64,000 nucleotides of DNA, taken from positions 1-64,000 of the forward strand of contig CAVYJM010000021.1 in NCBI GenBank assembly GCA_963768855.1, in the 5' to 3' direction. The notes under the pieces are model-generated. The model saw only the letters and a program-made list of their open reading frames with translations, was not told the DNA's origin and did no database searches. The stretch comes from an uncultured Thermoplasmata archaeon (GTDB lineage: Archaea; Thermoplasmatota; Thermoplasmata; RBG-16-68-12). Shown in pieces: positions 38,043 through 47,307 of the stretch; position 1 is the stretch's first letter, and each line of letters opens with the position of its first letter. The position numbers and the translations under genes are program-made.

Positions 38043-39692
38043 ATGTCCATGGCCGAAACCGCTCCGGACTCGAGCCGCGGGTTCCCGGTCATCCTGGTGC
38101 CCTACGATCCGGATTGGCCCGCGCAATTCGAGACGGAGAGGGACGCGATCCTCCGCGCGATCGGCGACCGGGTCGTGGCGATCGAGCACGTGGGGAGCAC
38201 CGCAGTCCCCGGTCTCCTGTCCAAGTCCACCCTCGACATCATGGTGGGCGTCTCCCGCCTCGACGGGGCGCAGGCCTGCATCGCGCCGCTGGAAGGCATC
38301 GGCTACGCCTACCGTCCCGACCTGGAGGCTGCGATGCCCGAACGTCGGTACTTCAACAAGGGCCCACGGGGCGCCCGGAGCTACCATCTCCACCTGGTCG
38401 AGTTCGGCCGGGAGTTCTGGATGCGCCACCTGCTCTTCCGCAACTTCCTGCGCGTCCATCCGGACCGCGCGGCGGCGTACGCGACCCTCAAGCAGGAGCT
38501 CGCGGCGAAGCACACCGCGGACCGGAATGCCTACACGGACGCGAAGGGTCCCTTCATCGAGGCCGCGGTCGCCGAGGCCCACACCGAGTTCGCGGGTCCC
38601 GATCCCGCGCGGGTGATCTTCCACGTGGACATGGACGCGTTCTATGTCAGCGTCGAGCGGCGGGAGAATCCGGAGCTCGTGGGCAAATCCGTCGTCGTGG
38701 GCGCGGACCCACGGGGCGGGAAAGGCCGCGGCGTTGTCATGGCGTGCAGCTATGAGGCCCGCCACCTCGGCATCCGGAGTGGCATGCCGATCGGGATGGC
38801 CTGGAAGAAGGTTCCCGAGGCCGTGTACCTGCCGCCGAACTACGACCTCTACGGCTCCGCGTCGGAGAGCGTCCTGGGCATCCTCCGCGGCTTCGCGGAT
38901 GTGCTCGAGCACCTGAGCATCGACGAGGCCTTCCTCGATATCACGTCGAAGGTCCACGGGTTTGACGATGTGGCGGGCTACGCCCAGGGGGTGAAGGCCG
39001 CTGTCCGCGAACGGGAAGGCCTGGCCTGCACGATTGGCGTCGCCCCGAACAAGTCCACCGCCAAGATCGCGTCGGACCTGGCGAAGCCCGACGGCCTCCT
39101 CGTCGTGCGTCCGGAGGAGGTCGCCCTGTTCCTGGCCCCGCTCCCGGTGACTCGGATCAGCGGGGTCGGGACGAAGACGGGGCAGGTCCTGGAGCATGCG
39201 GGGGTTCGCTCCATCGGGCAGCTCGCCGCGTTCCCGGGAGGCGAGCTGAAGAAGCTCCTCGGGAAGAACGCGGTGTGGCTGTGGGGCATCGCGAAGGGGA
39301 TCGAGCGGATGCCGGTCGAGGAGCGCCCCGACCCGAAGAGCATCAGCGTCGAACGCACCTTCGACCGGGATGTGGGCGACTGGCCCAAGGTCCTCGCGAC
39401 CCTGGACAGCATCTCGCACAACGTGTACCTGCGGGCGAAGGGCCAGGGCGCGGCGTTCCAGACCGTCGGGATCAAGGTGCGGTTCGAGGGGTTCCAGACG
39501 TTCCTGCGGGAGCGGAAGCTGCCCAGCCACATCCTCGATGAAGGCGCGCTGGCCCAGGTGACCCGCGATCTCGTGAAGGAGTTCGAGTCCCGCGGCCGAA
39601 AGGTCCGCTTGCTCGGCGTCCGCGTGACAGGCCTCGTACGACCGGGGACCCAACAGCCCACGCTGACCGAGTTCGAGGACGGGCCGACTTGA
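38043..39692 (+). CDS. dinB: Fusion of a GrpB/UPF0157 domain with DNA polymerase IV (DinB/Dpo4)
   Basis: N-terminal part: VPYDPDWP..FE.E, IEHVGSTAVPGL..K..LDI, HLLFRNFLR, Y...K..LA, YT..KG.FI. C-terminal part: FHVDMDAFYVSVE, SYEAR, SIDEAFLD, K.ASD..KPDG, RLLGVRV. Confidence 0.9.
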   Translation: MSMAETAPDSSRGFPVILVPYDPDWPAQFETERDAILRAIGDRVVAIEHVGSTAVPGLLSKSTLDIMVGVSRLDGAQACIAPLEGIGYAYRPDLEAAMPERRYFNKGPRGARSYHLHLVEFGREFWMRHLLFRNFLRVHPDRAAAYATLKQELAAKHTADRNAYTDAKGPFIEAAVAEAHTEFAGPDPARVIFHVDMDAFYVSVERRENPELVGKSVVVGADPRGGKGRGVVMACSYEARHLGIRSGMPIGMAWKKVPEAVYLPPNYDLYGSASESVLGILRGFADVLEHLSIDEAFLDITSKVHGFDDVAGYAQGVKAAVREREGLACTIGVAPNKSTAKIASDLAKPDGLLVVRPEEVALFLAPLPVTRISGVGTKTGQVLEHAGVRSIGQLAAFPGGELKKLLGKNAVWLWGIAKGIERMPVEERPDPKSISVERTFDRDVGDWPKVLATLDSISHNVYLRAKGQGAAFQTVGIKVRFEGFQTFLRERKLPSHILDEGALAQVTRDLVKEFESRGRKVRLLGVRVTGLVRPGTQQPTLTEFEDGPT

Positions 39693-39701
39693 AGTCTCCG
39701 T

Positions 39702-40940
39702 TCACTTGGCCAAGGGTGCCAGGAGGGGCAACGCGCCCTTCTCCTCCCGCAGGACGTCGCCGAGGATGCCGATCCCCTTGCGGATGTTCGCGTCGCTCGG
39801 GAAGCTGAAGTTGAGGCGCATGTGGTTGACCTCGGGCTTCCCGGCGTAGAAGCCGTGGCCGGCGACGTAGATCACGCCTCGGCTTGCGGCCCGCGGCAGG
39901 AGCTCCTTCGTGTCGATGGAGGGATCGATCGTCGTCCACAGGAACAGGCCGCCCTGGGGGCGCGTCCACTCCGTGTTGTCCGGCCAGGTCTGATCGAGGG
40001 TCTCGAGCATCACGTCCCGCTTGCGGCGGTACAGCCGGCGGATTTTGGGCAGGTGCTTCTTCATGAGCCCCAGGCTCAGATACCGCTCCGCGACCCGCTG
40101 GCCGAAGCCGTTCGTGAAGAGGTCCACGCCCTGCTTCGCGAGGGCCATCTTCGCGATCAAGTCGGACGGTCCGTGCGCGAAGCCGACCCGGAAGCCCGGT
40201 GCGAGGACCTTGCTGAAACTGCCCAAATAGATGACCCATCCTTCCTTGTCGAGGGAGGCGATCGGTGGCACGGGCTCGCCTTCGAACCGCACGTCGTAGT
40301 ACGGATCGTCCTCGATGACGGGGATCTCGTACTGCGCCGCGAGGTCGACGAGCGCTCGCCGGCGGCGCAGGGACATCGTCACGCCCGTGGGGTTGTGGAA
40401 CGTCGGGACGACGTAGAGGAACTTGGGCCGGATGCGGTCCATGGCCAGCGCCCTCAGGTTCTCCTCGAGGACGTCCGTCAGGATGCCCTCCTCGTCCGTG
40501 GGCACGCCGTGGTACATCGGCTGGTACACACTGATCGCGGTGAAGATCCCCAGGTACGTGGGCTGGGTGACCATCGCGATGTCGCCCGGGTCCAGGAAGA
40601 CGCGGCCGAAGAGCTCGAGCGCCTGCTGGGCGCCGTGGGTGACGATGATCTGTTCCGGGTTCGCGGCGATCCCGCGCGACTTCATCATCGTCGCGAGGGC
40701 CTGCTTCAGGAGCGGGTCCCCGGGCGTCGGGCCATACTGTAACGACGGCGTGTCGTCCTCGTTCAGGAGTTCCTCGAAGACGATCTTGAGGTCCTCGACC
40801 GGGAACGCATCCGGGCTCGGCAGCCCGCCTCCGAAGCTGATCACCGTGGGGTCCTGCGAATACTTCAGGAGTTCCCGCACGTCCGACCCCTTCAGTAGCT
40901 TCGCGCGCTCCGAGAACAGAGGTTCGAGGTTGGGCGCCAT
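39702..40940 (-). CDS. PLP-dependent class I/II aminotransferase (2-aminoadipate/aromatic transaminase-like)
   Basis: ISFGGGLP, YG.T.G, HGAQQAL, PTFHNPTG, EDDPY, SFSKVLAPGFRVG, GGLFLW. Confidence 0.88.
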   Translation of the reverse strand: MAPNLEPLFSERAKLLKGSDVRELLKYSQDPTVISFGGGLPSPDAFPVEDLKIVFEELLNEDDTPSLQYGPTPGDPLLKQALATMMKSRGIAANPEQIIVTHGAQQALELFGRVFLDPGDIAMVTQPTYLGIFTAISVYQPMYHGVPTDEEGILTDVLEENLRALAMDRIRPKFLYVVPTFHNPTGVTMSLRRRRALVDLAAQYEIPVIEDDPYYDVRFEGEPVPPIASLDKEGWVIYLGSFSKVLAPGFRVGFAHGPSDLIAKMALAKQGVDLFTNGFGQRVAERYLSLGLMKKHLPKIRRLYRRKRDVMLETLDQTWPDNTEWTRPQGGLFLWTTIDPSIDTKELLPRAASRGVIYVAGHGFYAGKPEVNHMRLNFSFPSDANIRKGIGILGDVLREEKGALPLLAPLAK

Positions 40941-41034
40941 GGCTATCGAGCGAATATACGTCGGCCCCTGCCTCTGAACCAATTGCATATTCCGTAAGGT
41001 TGAGAAAACTTGACACGACGCGAGATTGCACGGA

Positions 41035-41715
41035 CTAACGATTTAGGTGGTCCGAGGCACGCAACACGCGTCCCGTCACGCCGCGGGATTCGTCGGAGGC
41101 CAGATACACGAAGACCTCCGTGACTTGTTTCGGCTCTTTCCCTGCGAAACCTGACATCTTCGTTGCCACCAGCCCGGGATTGACGACGTTCACCCGTTGC
41201 GGCAGCTCGGCCGCCAGCTCGAGCGACAGTCCTTCCAAGGCCCATTTGCTCAACGAGTACGGGAAATACCCCGTCGCGGGACCCTTGGAGAGCCCCGACG
41301 TCACGTTAATGATCGACCCGTCCCGCGGCATGTGCGGAGCCAGATGCTTCACGAGCAGCCACGGCGCGCGGAGGTTCACGGCCATCGTGCGATCGTAGTC
41401 CTCGACGGTCCCGCGGACGGCCGGGCCGAGCCCTTCGTAGATGCCCGCGTTGTTGACGAGCACGTCCACCCGTCCGAATCCCTCCACGCACCCGCGGGCG
41501 GCCGCCTCGATTCCTTCGGACGAGGTCAGGTCGCAAGGGATCGCGAGCGCGTTGCCTCCCTTGCTGCGGATGGCGGCGGCCGTTTCCTCGAGTTCCGCCT
41601 CGGACCGCGCGAGCAGGGCCACCCGGCCCCCTTCCTCGGCGAATCGCTCCGCGACGGCCCGCCCGATCCCGCGGCCAGCACCCGTGACAACCGCGGCCTT
41701 GCCCTCGAGCCTCAC
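41035..41715 (-). CDS. Short-chain dehydrogenase/reductase
   Basis: VTGAGRGIG, LVNNAG, INVTS, YSLSK, NPGLVAT. Confidence 0.9.
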   Translation of the reverse strand: MRLEGKAAVVTGAGRGIGRAVAERFAEEGGRVALLARSEAELEETAAAIRSKGGNALAIPCDLTSSEGIEAAARGCVEGFGRVDVLVNNAGIYEGLGPAVRGTVEDYDRTMAVNLRAPWLLVKHLAPHMPRDGSIINVTSGLSKGPATGYFPYSLSKWALEGLSLELAAELPQRVNVVNPGLVATKMSGFAGKEPKQVTEVFVYLASDESRGVTGRVLRASDHLNR

Positions 41716-42338
41716 AGTTCCGCCCTCCGGATGCGCGGCAGGAGGCGGCCCGTACGGGCCATGTACGCCTCGTACGCCCCGCCGAACGCCTGCGGAGACC
41801 GCAGGAAGTCCTCCTCCAGCCCGGCCCGGTATCGCGCGAGGAAGGCGAGGAGAAGCGACACGAGGAGGAGGGGCGCGCTCAGGAAGACGAGAGCGAGGCC
41901 GAAGGCGAAGGCCGCCACCGCCGTGTACGTCGGATGGCGGACGAACGCGTACGGGCCTTCCTGGACGAGCGTCTGGCCTTCCACAACCTGAATCGAGACG
42001 GTCATGAACCGTCCGAGGGTCCGGATGGCCCAGACCGCGAGACCCCCCGCACCGGCCCAGAGGAGGAGCCCGGCGACCTGGACCACCGTGGAGCCGGGGA
42101 AGTCCCCGAGCGACGGCGCTCCATAGAACCAGCCGGGTGCGAGGGCCACGCCCAAGGTCCACAGCTGGGCCACGGCAATCGCGCCGAGCCACAGGCCCTC
42201 GACGCGCCGGGCGGGATGGCGGGACCGCATGGTCCGATCCCTCGGACCGAACGCGGATCGCCCCACCGCGGCGGCTCCCGCGGCGGGAGCGAGGAAGAGC
42301 ACGGCGCCCACGATCTGGATGGTCCCGGGGTCCAGCAT
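41712..42338 (-). CDS. ICMT/PEMT-family integral membrane methyltransferase
   Basis: LVQEGPYAFVRHPTY, EE..L, Y.AY...T.RLLP. Confidence 0.85.
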   Translation of the reverse strand: MLDPGTIQIVGAVLFLAPAAGAAAVGRSAFGPRDRTMRSRHPARRVEGLWLGAIAVAQLWTLGVALAPGWFYGAPSLGDFPGSTVVQVAGLLLWAGAGGLAVWAIRTLGRFMTVSIQVVEGQTLVQEGPYAFVRHPTYTAVAAFAFGLALVFLSAPLLLVSLLLAFLARYRAGLEEDFLRSPQAFGGAYEAYMARTGRLLPRIRRAEL

Positions 42339-42377
42339 CCGTCCCCTCGAAGCGGCGGGGGCTAATGGGCTTGCGCG

Positions 42378-43580
42378 TCAGTTCAGCGGCGTCGCCTCGT
42401 TGACCTCGTGCACGACCTTGAGCCCCATGCGTCCCATGAGCCGCAGGCTTTCCGCGGGATCGAGACATTCCGCGGAGATGACGCCGGTCTGCGTGATCTG
42501 CCCGCGGACGAGCTGGGTCGCGAAGACCGCCGCGCCCGTGCCGACGAGGTACCCCGTCGCGGTCGCGTTGTGCCTCCGCGCGGCGTCCTCGTGCCGCATC
42601 CCAGTGTAGAGCCGGTGCCTCACCCGCCGCCCGTCCTTCAGGCCGTCGACCTCGACGACGATCATCGCGGTCCCCGTCACCTTCCCGACCAGGTCGGCAG
42701 GCCGGCGGACGAGGCTCATCAGCATCTTCCGCGGGGAGACGCTCTTCCCCTCCACGGTCACCGGCTCCTCGCTGAGCAAACCGAGGCGGTGGATCGTGTG
42801 GAGGATCTCGTACGTGGCGTCGTCGATCGCGAGCTTCAGGTCGACGTAGCGGAGCCCCTTGCCGATGAACCTGCCAAGGGTCTCCGGCTCCTCGTGGTCC
42901 ATCAGATACACGGGCTGCGGGCCGACCGGCTCGGGGAACGGGTAGATCTCCTTCCCGCTCCACGGCGGCGGCCGGACGAGGCCGCCGTCCTCGAAGTAGA
43001 GTCCCGGGCTGAACACCTCGACGAGGAACGTCTCCGGGGACCACACGACGGGCAGGGGCGTGTCCGGCGAGGAGGCGGTGTCCCCGTCGCGGATTCGGAT
43101 GGCGTTCACGGAATCGAGCGCGTCCGCCCCGTGCCGCGCGAGGACGTTGCCGAGTCCGGGATCCTCGCCGCCGCCCAGGAGCGCCGTGAGGCCCGCTTTG
43201 CGGAACTTCGCGTCGTACGGCAGCTGCTTGGACGGTTCCGACGAGAGGTCCATGTAGTGCGACCCCGCGTCGAGGCAGGCTTCCATCAGCGGGAGGTCCA
43301 GGCTGGCGTGGGCCGCGTTGATCGCGAGGTCGGCGTCCTTCAGGGCTTTGGCTAGGACGCCGACGTCAAGCCCCTTCACGGGCGCCGCCCGCGCCTTCAG
43401 GCTCCGGAGCATGGCAGCGAGAGCCCGGGCCCGCGCCGGCACGAGGTCGGTCAGGACGAGGTCGTCGATCTCCTTCAGGCGCACCAGGTGGCGGGCGGCC
43501 ACGGTCCCCATGGCTCCCGCTCCGAACAGGACGATGCGAATGCTGTCACTCCTTCGACGACGGGACCGCGGCTCCCCCAC
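42378..43580 (-). CDS. Saccharopine dehydrogenase-like oxidoreductase (carboxyaminopropylagmatine/lysine dehydrogenase superfamily)
   Basis: FGAGAMG, INAA, HYMDL, GGGEDPGLGN, WSPETF, HEEPETL. Exact start is uncertain. Confidence 0.8.
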   Translation of the reverse strand: MGEPRSRRRRSDSIRIVLFGAGAMGTVAARHLVRLKEIDDLVLTDLVPARARALAAMLRSLKARAAPVKGLDVGVLAKALKDADLAINAAHASLDLPLMEACLDAGSHYMDLSSEPSKQLPYDAKFRKAGLTALLGGGEDPGLGNVLARHGADALDSVNAIRIRDGDTASSPDTPLPVVWSPETFLVEVFSPGLYFEDGGLVRPPPWSGKEIYPFPEPVGPQPVYLMDHEEPETLGRFIGKGLRYVDLKLAIDDATYEILHTIHRLGLLSEEPVTVEGKSVSPRKMLMSLVRRPADLVGKVTGTAMIVVEVDGLKDGRRVRHRLYTGMRHEDAARRHNATATGYLVGTGAAVFATQLVRGQITQTGVISAECLDPAESLRLMGRMGLKVVHEVNEATPLN

Positions 43581-43599
43581 GTAAAGGCTTCGCGAGACC

Positions 43600-44190
43600 C
43601 TACCCCGCAGGGGGCTTCCACGAGCTCCGGAGGAGGGCGTACATGGCCAGGTCGACGTACCGGTCCTTCGTGATCGCGGCCTCCCGGAGGACCGCTTCCT
43701 GGGCGAACCCGAGGCGCTCCGGGATCGCCCGGCTCCTGCGGTTGTCCACGTCCGCGCGGATCTCGACGCGGTTCAGCCGGAGGGATTCGAAGGCGAAGCG
43801 CACGAGGGCCTGGCAGGCTCGGGTCATGATGCCCCGGCCCTGGGTCGCCTCGCTGATCCAGTACCCGACTTCCGCGCGCCGGTTGGCCTCGTCGACATAG
43901 ACGAAGCCGATCACGCCCGCCAGTTCGCCGCGGTAGCGGATGCAGGCCTGGAACCCCTGGCCCAGGCGGACCTGCTCGCGGGAGCGCTCGATGAACGCGC
44001 GAGTGTCCGCGACGCTGCGGGTGCCGTCGACCCACGGGAGCCACCGCCGCAGGTACTCCCGGTTCCGGTCCGTGAGGGCGTACAGGTCCACGGCGTCGCC
44101 CTCGTCGACGATATCGAGATCAATCTCGCCGTCGACCGGGATGCGCGCCGGATACCGCGTGGTGAGCCGGACCGCGCCCTCGTCGTCCAT
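43600..44190 (-). CDS. GNAT acetyltransferase, RimL-like
   Basis: NREYLRRWLPWV, AEVGYWI, QGRGIMT, LNRVEI, SRAIPERLGF. Confidence 0.88.
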   Translation of the reverse strand: MDDEGAVRLTTRYPARIPVDGEIDLDIVDEGDAVDLYALTDRNREYLRRWLPWVDGTRSVADTRAFIERSREQVRLGQGFQACIRYRGELAGVIGFVYVDEANRRAEVGYWISEATQGRGIMTRACQALVRFAFESLRLNRVEIRADVDNRRSRAIPERLGFAQEAVLREAAITKDRYVDLAMYALLRSSWKPPAG

Positions 44191-44245
44191 GGAAGGGACC
44201 GGATGACGGAGGCCCCGCCATGTACTTTGCGCCGGCCGGGAAGGC

Positions 44246-44779
44246 TCAGCGGTTTCGTTTCTTTGGGGCCTTCCGCGGTGGGGCCTTCACGCCGACGTTG
44301 CGGGCGAGCTTCCGAATCTCCTTCTCGTTCATCCACTCGACCTTGAGGTACTCGAACAGCTCGCGGTCCGTCATGCCGAGCCGGCGTCCCTCCGCGAGGC
44401 AGTGTTTGTATGCCTCGATTTCCGTCGGTGTGTCCGCGTATCCGATGCCGTCCGGGAAGAGGGTCTTGCCTTCCGCGAACTGGCGGACGTGGACGAGCTC
44501 GTGGACCACGTCGAGGTAGATGTCCCTCTCCTTGCCGGTCTTGAGGTAGTGCGTGGAGACGATGAGATGTCCGTCCGCGTCGCTGACGCCCATGTAGCCC
44601 CACGGCACGGAGAAATACTCGACTCGGAGGGAGCGCAGGACCTGGCGCGTGCGGGGACCGAAGATCGCCTGGACCGCGGCGACGTCCTCGAACCCGCGGA
44701 ACCGGTCTGCGAACCGCTCGTAGTGGATGGGGACCCTACGCGGAATGTGAACCCGAGGCAGCGGCACCTTGGAGGGCAT
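44246..44779 (-). CDS. Uncharacterised HExxH (zincin-like) protein
   Basis: YLDVVHELVHVRQF...PTEIEAY. Confidence 0.7.
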   Translation of the reverse strand: MPSKVPLPRVHIPRRVPIHYERFADRFRGFEDVAAVQAIFGPRTRQVLRSLRVEYFSVPWGYMGVSDADGHLIVSTHYLKTGKERDIYLDVVHELVHVRQFAEGKTLFPDGIGYADTPTEIEAYKHCLAEGRRLGMTDRELFEYLKVEWMNEKEIRKLARNVGVKAPPRKAPKKRNR

Positions 44780-45245
44780 GGTCCGGCTCCTGTTCGGCCA
44801 GGACCCGAAGCGCTCGTTCCACATGGGGTTTGGGGTTCATGGACTTGAATGAATCCACGATCGTGCCGTCCGGCCCGATGATGTAGGTCACCCGCTTCGC
44901 CATGCCCATCAGCCCGAGGGCGTTGTACGCGCGGCAGATGTCCTTCTGCGGATCCGCGATCAGGGGGAAGTTCAGGTGGTGTTTCTCGCGGAACTCGCGA
45001 TGCGAGGCGCCGTCCTGGACGCTGACCCCGAGGACCACGGCGCCCAGGGCCTGGAACCGGTCGTGTTCGTCGCGGAAGGCGCACGCTTCCATCGTGCACC
45101 CCATCGTCATGTCCGCGGGATAGAAGTAGAGCACGACGGGGTGACCTGCGTAGTCGGCCAGATGGACGGTCCGCCCGTCCTGATCGACGCCGGTGAAATC
45201 CGGGGCCTTCGTCCCTGATGCGAGGATGTCTGCCATGGTCTCCAT
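44736..45245 (-). CDS. bcp: Peroxiredoxin, BCP/PrxQ type
   Basis: APDFT, VLYFYPADMTMGCTMEAC.FRD, GVS. Confidence 0.9.
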   Translation of the reverse strand: METMADILASGTKAPDFTGVDQDGRTVHLADYAGHPVVLYFYPADMTMGCTMEACAFRDEHDRFQALGAVVLGVSVQDGASHREFREKHHLNFPLIADPQKDICRAYNALGLMGMAKRVTYIIGPDGTIVDSFKSMNPKPHVERALRVLAEQEPDHALQGAAASGSHSA

Positions 45246-45409
45246 CCGAACGACAAATCGGTGATTCATCAACCCTTGCCCAGATTCGGATGGCCGAAGC
45301 GCTGTTATCGAATAGACAAGATTACATGCGTGCTCACTCTTTATCACTCTGTTTAGGCAACCATCACATCAAAAAGGTTAATAACCATCCCGCTTCTTTG
45401 CCTCCTCCC

Positions 45410-46402
45410 ATGTCCCCGCCCGGCCCGCTCCCCTCCACGGACGAACTGCGTACCTCGTACCGTCTCGTGCGGGACGTCCGGGCACAGCGGGTCCTGCGGG
45501 TTCAAGCCGCCCTGGGCATCGCGATCCGGGAGTACCTCAACGGTCAGGGGTTCACGGAGCTCCTCCCGCCGATCATCGGTCCCGCGACGGACCCGGGCAT
45601 CCGCGGGGCGAAGCAGGCCACGATTGACTTCTACGGCCGCGAGTACACGGTCATGTCGAGCGCGATTCTCTACAAGCAAATGATGGTTGCCTCGCTCGGC
45701 CGCGTGTACTTCTTCTCGCCGAACGTGCGCCTCGAGCCCCTCGAGACGGCCGCGACGGGCCGGCATCTCGTCGAGTTCGTCCAGGTCGACGTCGAGGAGG
45801 CGGGGGCGACCTACCACGATGCGATGCGTCGCGCGGAAGCTCTCGTTGCGTACGTCCACGACTACGCGAAGACACGGCTGGCGGACGACCTCGCGGGCTT
45901 CCCGAGGACCCTCAACGGGGCGCACGCGCCGTTCCGGCGTCTCTCGTACGACGAGGCTCGGGCGATCCTCGCGGGCCATGGTCGTGAGATTCCTTACGGC
46001 ATCGAGCTTCCCTGGGACCACGAGGAGTTCCTCTCCTCCCAGTTCCGCGAGCCCTTCTTCATCACGGACTACCCACGCGGGTCCCGCGGATTCTACGACC
46101 GCGAGGATCCAGACCACCCCGGGATCCTCCGGGATTTCGACCTGATCTACCCCGAGGGCTATGGCGAGGCGATCTCGGGGGCGGAGCGCGAGCACGAGTA
46201 CGCGAAGGTCATCGCCCGCCTCCGAGAGGCCGGCGAGAACCCGTCGAAGTACGAATGGTACCTCGACATGCTCCGCGAAGGCATCCCGCTCTCCTCGGGC
46301 TTCGGGATCGGCGTCGAACGCCTGACGCGTTACATCTGCGGCCTCAGGGCGGTCTGGGAAGCGAGGCCGTATCCCAAGGTCGCGGGCGTCTTCTCCCCCT
46401 AG
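45410..46402 (+). CDS. Archaeal-type asparagine synthetase A (AsnRS/AspRS catalytic core without anticodon domain)
   Basis: TDPGIRGAK, MSSAILYKQ, SPNVRLE, RHLVEF, FYDRED, FDL..PEGYGE..SG.EREHEY, GFGIGVERL.RY. No OB-fold. Confidence 0.85.
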   Translation: MSPPGPLPSTDELRTSYRLVRDVRAQRVLRVQAALGIAIREYLNGQGFTELLPPIIGPATDPGIRGAKQATIDFYGREYTVMSSAILYKQMMVASLGRVYFFSPNVRLEPLETAATGRHLVEFVQVDVEEAGATYHDAMRRAEALVAYVHDYAKTRLADDLAGFPRTLNGAHAPFRRLSYDEARAILAGHGREIPYGIELPWDHEEFLSSQFREPFFITDYPRGSRGFYDREDPDHPGILRDFDLIYPEGYGEAISGAEREHEYAKVIARLREAGENPSKYEWYLDMLREGIPLSSGFGIGVERLTRYICGLRAVWEARPYPKVAGVFSP

Positions 46403-46408
46403 GCAGTC

Positions 46409-46588
46409 GTGTCGACGAGCGAACCCGTTTCCAAGCTGCACATGAAGTTCGCTTCCGTCTGGAGCGCCGCGTCCGCGGGAGAGGACTTCCCTGAGGCCAC
46501 CCAGACGGAAATCCGAACGTTCGTCTCGACCCTCGGGGAGTACCGTCTCCTGGACCTGCCCCGGGAAGACGTTGGTCCGTTCTCGTGA
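46409..46588 (+). CDS. Possible 59-aa small protein or gene remnant
   Basis: GTG..TGA frame VSTSEPVSKLHMKFASVW...DVGPFS* with GC-rich third positions in an intergenic gap. Confidence 0.25.
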   Translation: MSTSEPVSKLHMKFASVWSAASAGEDFPEATQTEIRTFVSTLGEYRLLDLPREDVGPFS

Positions 46589-46658
46589 GATCTTGCGGGC
46601 GGCCTAAATGTCCCCTCCGTGGACGCCTGAAATCTCACGATTGAAGTAGGACGGAGGC

Positions 46659-47183
46659 TTGGCCCGGAACGTGGCCAGATTCGTCCGGTACGGGCCCGCC
46701 CCCCGCTACGGCATGCCCGAAGCCGGCTTCTGCGCCTCCTCGTTCGTGATCGTCCGGAAGGGGACGAAGGTCCTCGCGGGCATCCCCCGGGACCAGCGCA
46801 AGTGGCGGAATCAGTGGCAGCCGAACATCAACGCCTACAGCCCGCGGGACCAAGAGGCCGAATTCAATTCGTGGCGCCTGCCCGCCGCCTTTCTGTTCGA
46901 GGGCGAGCACCCCACGGACGCGGCCCGGCGCGTGATGAGAGACCAGCTCCGGATCGGCGCGAAGAAGCTTGGTCCGCCGGAGATCTTCTCGTTCTACGAC
47001 AAGAGCACCTGGTACCCGGGCCACCGGCACTACGATCTCTGTTTCGTGTACGAGGTCCGCGGCACGCAGCCTCGGACCCTGCCTCCATGGTGGCAGCGTC
47101 TCGAGTTCGTCGAACCGCGCTTCCTCCGGTCGGAGGAGCTCGGGAGCGCGATGAACGACCTGGTTCAGCAGCTCCGGTTCTGA
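46659..47183 (+). CDS. Nudix-fold protein with a degenerate Nudix box
   Basis: W.LPA..LFEGEHP.DAARRVMRDQL matches Nudix box spacing but lacks the REUXEE glutamates. Confidence 0.65.
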   Translation: MARNVARFVRYGPAPRYGMPEAGFCASSFVIVRKGTKVLAGIPRDQRKWRNQWQPNINAYSPRDQEAEFNSWRLPAAFLFEGEHPTDAARRVMRDQLRIGAKKLGPPEIFSFYDKSTWYPGHRHYDLCFVYEVRGTQPRTLPPWWQRLEFVEPRFLRSEELGSAMNDLVQQLRF

Positions 47184-47307
47184 GAGGCGTCACCGGAGCC
47201 CGTCCATCATTCGGAGGACGACGGGCCGCCACGCTTGGATGAATTCGTACGCCTGGTCAACCGTCATCCCCTTGTAGGGGTGCAGGAGACGGATGAACCT
47301 GTGGCGC

